Origin: Candidatus Micrarchaeia archaeon
GTDB taxonomy: Archaea; Micrarchaeota; Micrarchaeia; Norongarragalinales; UBA8480
Assembly (NCBI GenBank): GCA_039794045.1
Contig: JBAMLY010000001.1
Coordinates: 1,045 to 65,044 of the forward strand
Direction: 5' to 3'
Length of the DNA: 64,000 bases
This document shows positions 8,733-15,948 of this stretch, one piece after another. The first letter of the stretch is position 1, and each line of letters starts with the position of its first letter. The position numbers and the translations under genes are program-made. The notes under the pieces are model-generated. The model searched no databases. It was not told the origin of the DNA and was given only the letters and a program-made list of their open reading frames with translations.

Positions 8733-9520
8733 TTAATCCAGCCCTTTAAACGGCAATAGTCTTTGAAGCGCTTCGAGCGCCCAGCAAAACGAATTATTTT
8801 CTGTTTTACTTGCTCTTCACTCAACCCACAATTACGCAGCACTAGCTCAAAAGCTTCAAGGTTAGCATCGTCGAAAGGCCCGCGGCAATTCTCGCAAGGC
8901 ATGTTGTGCGAAGGACACAAAGCATTGCATCCCCCCGCGCTGACAGGACCCATGCAAGGAATCCCCTTGTCAAGAAAACACGCGTTCTCTTTAATCTTGC
9001 ACTCCATGCAAACTGAAACGTATTTCGGCTTCGGAGTCTTTCCGTGCACTAAGTCCTTCAAGACGCGATGCAACTCCGTGCGCTCCACAGGACAACCCCG
9101 CAAATAATAGTCGACTACAACGAACTCGTCTATTGGGCGCGGGCTCACCGCATTTAATTCCCTTGCCTTGCCACCGAAAGCCAGGCGCTCAACTTCACCC
9201 TCGTCCAAAAAAGACTTCTGAGCTGGAATGCCGCCATCGCAAGAACAAGAACCCAAGGCAACCAAGAACTTAGAGCCCTCGCGCACGAGCTTCAATTCCT
9301 TCTCGTGCTCTCTCCGCAAAACCCCGCCTTCAACGAAAGCCACGTCCAAGCCCTCAACGCCCCCTCCTTCCTCATTAGTCAAAGCAAATTCCTTGAACTC
9401 GACTCGCTCGCAAACCTCTGGAAAGTCTTCAAGCTTCAACAACTGCAGTTGGCACCCGAAGCACCCACCGAAACCGAACACACCCGCCACGAGCTTGCCG
9501 TTGCTTGCCGCTTTATTCAT
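8729..9520 (-). CDS. hydD: [NiFe] hydrogenase small (delta) subunit
   Basis: 263 aa with the GGCFGCQ (GCxGC) proximal-cluster motif and multiple Cys clusters. 4-nt overlap with the large subunit. Confidence 0.82.
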   Translation of the reverse strand: MNKAASNGKLVAGVFGFGGCFGCQLQLLKLEDFPEVCERVEFKEFALTNEEGGGVEGLDVAFVEGGVLRREHEKELKLVREGSKFLVALGSCSCDGGIPAQKSFLDEGEVERLAFGGKARELNAVSPRPIDEFVVVDYYLRGCPVERTELHRVLKDLVHGKTPKPKYVSVCMECKIKENACFLDKGIPCMGPVSAGGCNALCPSHNMPCENCRGPFDDANLEAFELVLRNCGLSEEQVKQKIIRFAGRSKRFKDYCRLKGWIK

Positions 9521-9529
9521 TTGACTTCC

Positions 9530-10342
9530 TCACTCCGCAGACAACTTCTTTCTCTCAGCAAAAGAAAAAACAGGGCCGTCAACGCAAACGTACCTGCCGT
9601 GAACCATGCAGTGCCCGCACTTGCCTACCCCGCAGTGCATCAACCTCTCAAGAGAAACGAAAACATTGTCAGCCTTCATTCCACGCGAAACCAGTTGCTC
9701 GGCAACCACGTCCATCATTTTAGGCGGCCCACACAAGAACGCAGCCGAAGCAAAAGACGAGGGAGGCTTTGCTGAAAGAGCAGACGAAACAAAGCCAACA
9801 CAGCCAGTCCACCCCACGCAAGAAACGTCCACCGACTTTACCACGCGCACTCCCTCCTCGCTCCATTTCCTCAAGTCATCCTCAAAGAGAAAGTCGGAAG
9901 GAGAATGCGCTCCGTAATACAAGAAAACCTCGTCGAAGAGCTTCAAGTGAACACTGCACGCAATCGCAGAACGCAAGGAAGCCATTCCAAACCCCCCCGC
10001 AACGAAGACAACGCTTTTCCCCTTGAAAGCACTCAAAGGATAACCTTTCCCAAAAGGACCACGCAAGCCAACCTCGCTTCCAACACCCAAGGAATGCAGA
10101 GCACGAGACACGTTGCCTACAGCCTTGACAGTAACCCATAAGCCCTCGTGCGGCGCGCTAGAAACAGAGAAAGGCGCCTCGCCAAAGCCAGGCACGGAAA
10201 CCTCCACAAACTGCCCAGGAGAAAAAGAAAAAACTCGCTCGTCGCGCGGCGACTTGAACTTCAACTCGAAAGTCTTCAAACCGCCTGCTTCAACGCGAAC
10301 CGAGGAAACAACACAAGACAATGGCAGAAACGAGTTCCTCAC
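9530..10342 (-). CDS. hydG: Sulfhydrogenase gamma subunit (PyrK-like FAD/NAD(P)-binding oxidoreductase with C-terminal 2Fe-2S)
   Basis: 270 aa. The C-terminal CGVGKCGHCMVHGRYVCVDGPVF is the PyrK/HydG 2Fe-2S motif. Preceded by an FAD/NAD-binding fold. Confidence 0.78.
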   Translation of the reverse strand: MRNSFLPLSCVVSSVRVEAGGLKTFELKFKSPRDERVFSFSPGQFVEVSVPGFGEAPFSVSSAPHEGLWVTVKAVGNVSRALHSLGVGSEVGLRGPFGKGYPLSAFKGKSVVFVAGGFGMASLRSAIACSVHLKLFDEVFLYYGAHSPSDFLFEDDLRKWSEEGVRVVKSVDVSCVGWTGCVGFVSSALSAKPPSSFASAAFLCGPPKMMDVVAEQLVSRGMKADNVFVSLERLMHCGVGKCGHCMVHGRYVCVDGPVFSFAERKKLSAE

Positions 10343-11337
10343 CTTCTCTCACCAGTCTTGAAAGCATAGTCAGCCGCGCTCACACTAGTTGGACACACTG
10401 CAGCGCACCTGCCACACCCAGTGCAAGCGTTGAAGCCGAATTCCTTCTCGTACCACGAAAACTTGTGTTGAATGCGGCAACGAGTACGCTCTACTTGCCC
10501 AGCGCGAAAAACAAAGCCGCCAGCCACTCGAGTAAAGCCAGTAAAAGGACACCCACTCCAACGCCGCGCCCGCTGACCCCTAACCCCACTCAAGTCAAGC
10601 TCGTCTTCCACGTCAAAGCACGTGCACGTCGGGCAAATCGTGGTACACATCCCGCAACTCAAGCACTTTTCAGCCCAGTCCTGCCAATGAAAAACAATGT
10701 CTGGAGCAGCGCCCAACTTCTTCAAGTCAGCTTTTCTCTTGCACGCAACTTGAACCAAGGGCTCCTCGCTGGACTCCCGCAACACGTGCATCGCGGCGCT
10801 CACCATCTGCTCGCCCTTGAAAGAATGAACTTCAACGAGCCACTCCTCGCCAGCATCCACGAGAAACAAGTCAGCGCCAGCACGCGCGTTGCGAGTGCCC
10901 ATAGAGTCACAAAAACAATTCTTTGAAGGAACCACGCAATTCATTCCAATCAAGGCAGTCTTGCTCCTGCGATTCAAGTAATACTTGTCTTCAAAACCCC
11001 GAGAAAAAAACGCGTCTGTAACCGCAATCGCGGCCAAGTCGCAGGGGCGAACACCGAAAATCACTTGCTCGAAGTCACTGGAAACAGATTTCGTGACCGC
11101 GCCCTCTCCACCCAAAGAAAACTCGAGGAGCGGCTCGTGAGGAGGAAGCAAGAACTTCTTGTGCGAGTAATAAGTATTATGAGCAGTGAAAACCTCTTTT
11201 CCTGGCCTCCACAAAGAAAACTTGGTGACGCCGCCTTCCCTCGCGGGAGCAATAACTTGCCTCGGCGTAGGCGAAACACGCAACGCGCTCAAGAACTCTT
11301 TGACTCTGCGTTTTTCTAGTGCGAGCATGAAAACCAA
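10339..11337 (-). CDS. hydB: Sulfhydrogenase beta subunit (iron-sulfur protein)
   Basis: 332 aa with several CxxCxxC / CPxC ferredoxin-type clusters (CLSCGMCTTICPTCTC, CTGCGRCAAVCP). First gene of the beta-gamma-delta-alpha order seen in sulfhydrogenase operons. Confidence 0.78.
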   Translation of the reverse strand: MVFMLALEKRRVKEFLSALRVSPTPRQVIAPAREGGVTKFSLWRPGKEVFTAHNTYYSHKKFLLPPHEPLLEFSLGGEGAVTKSVSSDFEQVIFGVRPCDLAAIAVTDAFFSRGFEDKYYLNRRSKTALIGMNCVVPSKNCFCDSMGTRNARAGADLFLVDAGEEWLVEVHSFKGEQMVSAAMHVLRESSEEPLVQVACKRKADLKKLGAAPDIVFHWQDWAEKCLSCGMCTTICPTCTCFDVEDELDLSGVRGQRARRWSGCPFTGFTRVAGGFVFRAGQVERTRCRIQHKFSWYEKEFGFNACTGCGRCAAVCPTSVSAADYAFKTGERR

Positions 11338-11421
11338 TCTCGTTCGTTACTGCGCAACAAAATAAATAAGTAATGCTGGCTCCCACTGCAGTCGCTTTCC
11401 AGCAAAGCCGCCCAGCCAAAC

Positions 11422-12111
11422 CTACCCCGCTTTCCTGGAGAGCAACGCCGCACCCGCCTCAAACCAGCGAAGGCGATGCAACGCGAAAACAATCATTGCC
11501 ACGCCAGCCACGAGCCCAGCAACCACGTAGAAAGCGCTCGCGTAACGCGCTGCTACCAAGCCAAGCCAAGCAAGCAAGAAAGCACGCGGCAGAGTCCCAA
11601 CGAAAGTAAAAACCACGAACTGCTTCAAGTCAAACTTGAGGACGCCGCTAGCTATAGAGAAAACCTTGTAAGGAATGAAAGGAATCAAGCGCGCAACTAG
11701 TATAGCGACTCCCCCGTACCTTGCAAACTTTTGTTCAGCGCGCTCCACTCTCTCAGGAGTGACGAGCAAGTAAGGCCCAACGCGTTTCACCACCGGGCGC
11801 CCGCCCCAAAAACCGATTCCATAACCAATCACCGAGCCAAGAGTGGAACCAAGGGCTCCCCATAACGCGACAGTCAAAGGATCAAAGCCAAGCGCTCCCG
11901 CAGTCACTAGGACGAGCTCCGAAGGAATGGGGACGAAAGAAGACTCCAAGAACATGCCGAGAGCAATGCCGAAACCACCAAAAGAAGCCATGAAGCCGTT
12001 TGCAGTGCTCACACCCCACTCCTGAAAGCCCTTGAAAACGCTGAAGAAAAAGTCTATCATAACAACTCGCCACAAAAAAGAAGAAAAAAGAAAAAAGTTA
12101 TTGGCAAGCAC
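11422..12111 (-). CDS. DedA/VTT (SNARE-associated) family membrane protein
   Basis: 229 aa polytopic. The LESSFVPIPSELVLVTAGAL motif is characteristic of the DedA family. Confidence 0.78.
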   Translation of the reverse strand: MLANNFFLFSSFLWRVVMIDFFFSVFKGFQEWGVSTANGFMASFGGFGIALGMFLESSFVPIPSELVLVTAGALGFDPLTVALWGALGSTLGSVIGYGIGFWGGRPVVKRVGPYLLVTPERVERAEQKFARYGGVAILVARLIPFIPYKVFSIASGVLKFDLKQFVVFTFVGTLPRAFLLAWLGLVAARYASAFYVVAGLVAGVAMIVFALHRLRWFEAGAALLSRKAG

Positions 12112-13267
12112 CTGAAGACGCGGCAGGAACGGAAGCGTTCACTTCCGCGCTGCACTCGGCTGGCGGCTTATTAAAAGCACTGCAAATCGCGTCCTTGAAA
12201 GCTGACGCCGAGCGCGCGCCCTCGTACTGCACGCCATTGATTACCAGCGTAGGCGAACCAACCACGCCGAACTCTTCATCCAAGCTTTGCTCGGCCTTCA
12301 ACAAAGATTCTGCCTCGCTTTCAAAGCACTTCGTCACGTTTTCAACGTCAATGCCCGCCGCCTTGGCAGCGTCCTTCCAACACGACTCAATGTTTTGCAG
12401 CGAGCACTTAGTGTTCACGTAATTATTGTATTCAAGCCACTTGCTTTCCTGGTACTTCCAAATGCAGAGCTGGCGCACGTCCTCCCTGACCTCGTTTATT
12501 CCGTGCATGGAGCAAAGAGTCCCGTTAGCGATGCAGTAGTCCGCGGCGTTACAACGGTTGCCAGCGCAGTAGTCAGAGTAAATCACGAACCTAGGCTCTA
12601 CTTTAACCGCGGAAGCAAGCGCCTTCGCAACAGGATACATTATCTGCTGTGCCTGGCTACCATAAGGACAGAAGCTCATCACAAATAGCTTGACGTCAGG
12701 CTTGTCCGACTTCGGTATTTCCGCTGGCTTGGAAGGCGTGGGCGTCGGAAGCTCCAGCTTCTTGTTCAAGTCGAAAGCAGTGCCAACCAGCAAAGTGTTT
12801 CCGTCAAACGAAACATACGCCTCGGCAGGCTGCAGCGTCTCGTTGCCCTGCATTATTTTGAAGGAAATCACGTACATTCCTGATTTCTCGCTGACATTAG
12901 ACAACACCGCAGTCAAGCCGCGCGGCGACAAGAAGTTGTCGTTAATATAAGCAATCGCCTTCGCTGAAGCAGCTTCCTGAGAAATCTTGCTTTGCGCCGC
13001 TAATGCAACCGCGGAGCTCGCACTGGAATTGTATTGCAATGCTGCCGGCGCAGGCGCCGAAAGCGCAGCGAAAGCAAAGCCGATGACTATTCCTGCCACG
13101 AGGGCGGTCGCAATAAAAATCAATGCCTTGTTGGAGACTCCCTTTGCTGGAGCGGAAACAGCATGCTCGTGCAGCCCACGGTGAGACTCTGAGTGCTCTG
13201 CATGGTGCGTCTCATGGTGCGCTTCGTGCTCGTGATGATGTTCTTCAGTCAACCAAACCACCTTCAA
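12098..13267 (-). CDS. Membrane-anchored thioredoxin/DsbA-like fold protein with a His-rich N-terminal tail
   Basis: N-terminus EEHHHEHEAHHETHHAEHSESHRGLHEH, then one TM helix, then an extracytoplasmic domain with a thioredoxin-like FVMSFCPYG motif and many additional Cys. Confidence 0.45.
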   Translation of the reverse strand: MKVVWLTEEHHHEHEAHHETHHAEHSESHRGLHEHAVSAPAKGVSNKALIFIATALVAGIVIGFAFAALSAPAPAALQYNSSASSAVALAAQSKISQEAASAKAIAYINDNFLSPRGLTAVLSNVSEKSGMYVISFKIMQGNETLQPAEAYVSFDGNTLLVGTAFDLNKKLELPTPTPSKPAEIPKSDKPDVKLFVMSFCPYGSQAQQIMYPVAKALASAVKVEPRFVIYSDYCAGNRCNAADYCIANGTLCSMHGINEVREDVRQLCIWKYQESKWLEYNNYVNTKCSLQNIESCWKDAAKAAGIDVENVTKCFESEAESLLKAEQSLDEEFGVVGSPTLVINGVQYEGARSASAFKDAICSAFNKPPAECSAEVNASVPAASSGACQ

Positions 13268-13274
13268 CTAACTT

Positions 13275-13315
13275 GTTTGCTTTACAACTAGTAACATTAA
13301 TGTTTTGCTTTACAA
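13275..13315. repeat. Two direct copies of TGTTT(T)GCTTTACAA in the divergent promoter region upstream of the NcsA-like gene
   Basis: 13275-13288 TGTTTGCTTTACAA and 13301-13315 TGTTTTGCTTTACAA, followed by AATATAAAGG (TATA-like) at 13316-13325. Confidence 0.4.
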
Positions 13316-13360
13316 AATATAAAGGTATCATTAAGTGTAAAAAGTATCAGTGAGAAGCGC

Positions 13361-14320
13361 TTGAGGCGAACTAATTCAATGTCTTTCGTTCACTGCACGA
13401 AATGCGGGAAACGCGCGGTAGCCGACGTAGAGTACGCAGCAACAAGTTTGTGCGCGAAGCACTTCAATGAGTTCTTCGAGTCCAAAGTCCGCAAGGCAAA
13501 CAAGGAATTCTCGGTGCTCAGGAGAGGCGACAAAATAGCTGTTGCAGTGAGCGGCGGTAAAGACAGCGCGGCAATGCTTTACTCGCTCAACGCTCTAGCG
13601 CGCAAGATAGGCGCAGTAGAACTCGCACCCCTTTTGATTGATGAAGGAATAGCCGGCTATAGAAACGAAGCAATAAAGAAAGCCGAAAAACTATGCGACC
13701 AGCTCGGCCTACACCTAACAATTGTTTCCTTCAAGGAAAAATACGGTAAAACCTTGGACGAGATAATTGCGGCGCGCAACCACAAGTGGAAGGACGAAGG
13801 CAAGCGCACTAAAGCCTGCTCGTACTGCGGAGTGCTTCGCAAGCGCAGCCTAAACGACGCCGCACTAGAAATGGGCGCCAACAAGCTCGCAGTCGGCCAC
13901 AACGCAGACGACTTAGCGCAAACGTTTTTAATGAACTTGATGCGAGGCGAGCCCATGCGCGTGGCGCGCTTCACGCTAGACGAAGACGCGTGCGAAGAAG
14001 AGTTCGTACCACGCGTGCGCCCCCTCGCGTACTGCCTAGAGCGCGAGAACGCACTATACTGCATGCTAAACAGCATTCCTTTTCACTTGGACGAGTGTCC
14101 TTACGCTGCTGAAGCATTCCGTGGAATCGCGAAAGACTTCTTCAACAACGCAGAAGCACAGTACCCCGGCGTCAAGCTCAACTTCGTTCGCTCGTTCCTG
14201 AAAGTAAGCAAGACATTAAAGCAAGAAAGCCTCCCCAAAGTCAGGAAATGCGTAGAGTGCGGCGCTCCTTCCTCGAAAAAAACATGCAAAGCCTGCGAAC
14301 TCATTGCAGGACTCAACTGA
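13361..14320 (+). CDS. ncsA: PP-loop ATPase of the NcsA/TtuA/Ctu1 family (tRNA 2-thiolation), with N- and C-terminal zinc fingers
   Basis: SGGKDS PP-loop motif, N-terminal CTKCG...C and C-terminal CVECG...CKAC zinc clusters, and GHNADD. The likely true start is the internal Met at 13379 (MSFVHC). Confidence 0.78.
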   Translation: MRRTNSMSFVHCTKCGKRAVADVEYAATSLCAKHFNEFFESKVRKANKEFSVLRRGDKIAVAVSGGKDSAAMLYSLNALARKIGAVELAPLLIDEGIAGYRNEAIKKAEKLCDQLGLHLTIVSFKEKYGKTLDEIIAARNHKWKDEGKRTKACSYCGVLRKRSLNDAALEMGANKLAVGHNADDLAQTFLMNLMRGEPMRVARFTLDEDACEEEFVPRVRPLAYCLERENALYCMLNSIPFHLDECPYAAEAFRGIAKDFFNNAEAQYPGVKLNFVRSFLKVSKTLKQESLPKVRKCVECGAPSSKKTCKACELIAGLN

Positions 14321-14327
14321 AAAAAAA

Positions 14328-14342
14328 GCTTTTTATAAGATG
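14328..14342 (+). promoter_or_regulatory. BRE/TATA-like element (AAAAGCTTTTTATAAG) upstream of rpl10e
   Basis: Purine-rich BRE-like segment followed by a TTTTTATAA box about 75 nt upstream of the L10e start. Inferred from sequence only. Confidence 0.3.
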
Positions 14343-14414
14343 CGCCCAATATTTTACTCGCTCCTTTTACGCAAAGGTTGCACTCCAATTCTATTGCCAG
14401 AGAGTTGATTTGAA

Positions 14415-15089
14415 ATGGGTTTGAGGCCAGCCAAAACCGTTCGCAATCCGCAAGGACAAGTGTGGGCTCGCATCTCGCAGCGCACGCCACGCAAGAGCTA
14501 CGTCAAAGGCGCTCCGCGCCCCAAAGTACGCCAGTACGACATGGGAGTCGACAAGCGCTTCGAACTCGAGTGCGACTTAGTGGCAACCAAAGACGTTTTC
14601 TTGCGCGACAACTGCATTGAAGCGGCGCGCCAAATAGCAAACAAGTACCTCGAAAAAAACCTTCTCTCCAACTACTACTTTAAAGTGTTGAAGTACCCCC
14701 ACTACGTTATCCGCGAGCACAGCGCGCTCGGCGTCGCAGGCGCGGACCGCATTTCTAAGGGAATGAAGCTCGCGTTCGGCAGGCCAAAAGGAAGAATGGC
14801 TGGGCTTTACAAAGGAGAAGCGATTTTCCGCGTCCGCTGCTTCAAGGCAGGACTCCCAATAGTGCGCGAGGCAATAAAGCGCGCGAGACTAAAACTCAGC
14901 GGCGACTACAAACTCGAAGTAAGAGACATCACGAACGACCCAGCCAACCTTCGCAGGAGCATTGAAGGAAGAGCATTCAAGAAAAAAGAGGAAGAAAAGC
15001 CTGCAGCCGCGGCGGCGCCTGCGACAGCAACGCCAGCCGAAGCAAGCAAGGCAACAACGCCGGCAAAAGAAGAAAAGAAGATGGTTTAG
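14415..15089 (+). CDS. rpl10e: 50S ribosomal protein L10e (uL16)
   Basis: MGLRPAKTVRNP...YVKGAPRPKVRQYDMG...YPHYVIREH is a canonical L10e/L16 sequence. It carries an Ala/Lys-rich C-terminal tail. Confidence 0.9.
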   Translation: MGLRPAKTVRNPQGQVWARISQRTPRKSYVKGAPRPKVRQYDMGVDKRFELECDLVATKDVFLRDNCIEAARQIANKYLEKNLLSNYYFKVLKYPHYVIREHSALGVAGADRISKGMKLAFGRPKGRMAGLYKGEAIFRVRCFKAGLPIVREAIKRARLKLSGDYKLEVRDITNDPANLRRSIEGRAFKKKEEEKPAAAAAPATATPAEASKATTPAKEEKKMV

Positions 15090-15104
15090 TTGAACAAAGG
15101 ATTA

Positions 15105-15809
15105 ATGACGCTGTTTTTAGTGGCAGCGCTTTTCCTGATTGGATGCACCCAGCAAGCAAGCGAAAATACAGGCACTGCGCCTTCAGCAGGTGGCGTAGTT
15201 ACTGCTACGCCAGCAGCTTCAACGTAAAGCGCCCAACAAGCAAACACTTCACCAGCAAGCACTGCAAGCCAGTCCTCAGTTACTGGCGCGGAATTGTTTA
15301 AGTACAGCAACACTCTTTCGTACACTTACAAAATAACATTTACTGCGTACGGCCAAACTACGACCACCACCATGAGCACCGCCATGAAGGGAATAGAAAA
15401 CGTTGACGGAGTAACGGCAAAACACGAGCAAGTGTCCATCAGTGGGGAAGCAATGGGCGGGAAAACACTAGTTTACCATATTTGGAGAGAAAAGGAAACC
15501 AACAAGTGCTTGAAAACAGAAATGGAATTTGAAGGACAACTCATGGAATCCGATTGCTCGCAAGCAAACGATGGCGCGGGCGTCCCCGAAGGAACGACTT
15601 ACTTTACGAGCACCGGAGCAGAAAGCGTTACCGTGCCCGCGGGAACTTTTACTGCGACAATCTACTCTAACACAATAACCAACGACGGAAAAACGGTTAT
15701 GACAAGCAAGTACTGGAAGGCAGACAACGTGCCAGTTCCAGTCAAATGGATTACTTCAAGCAGCGAAGGAGGTTCCACGACGGGCGAGCTCGTAAGCTTC
15801 ACGCCATAA
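15105..15809 (+). pseudogene. Lipoprotein gene interrupted by a single in-frame TAA. The signal peptide and lipobox segment (15105-15227) is in frame with the 171-aa downstream ORF (15294-15809).
   Basis: ATG at 15105 encodes MTLFLVAALFLIGCTQQASENTGTAPSAGGVVTATPAAST with lipobox LIGC, then TAA at 15225-15227. The same frame continues SAQQANTSPASTASQSSVTGAELFKYS... into ORF 15294-15809. Confidence 0.45.
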
Positions 15810-15840
15810 AAACTTTTCTTCCTTTTCTCTTACGCGCCAA

Positions 15841-15854
15841 ATCTTTTTTTTCAC
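15841..15854 (+). terminator. Oligo-T tract (ATCTTTTTTTTCAC) downstream of the lipoprotein ORF, a typical archaeal intrinsic terminator signal
   Basis: T8 run 32 nt after the stop at 15809. Confidence 0.3.
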
Positions 15855-15904
15855 GCGTTCTAGCCACGCTTCCCATCCACAAGAAAAAACTGAGGAAGCT
15901 GAAA

Positions 15905-15915
15905 GGGTTTTAAAT
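15905..15915 (+). promoter_or_regulatory. TATA-like box (GGTTTTAAATC) about 35 nt upstream of the ppsA start, with a GGAGAGG Shine-Dalgarno-like motif at 15935-15941
   Basis: Sequence inspection only. Confidence 0.3.
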
Positions 15916-15948
15916 CAAGTGCAGTAATGAGTGGGAGAGGAGTTGGCG

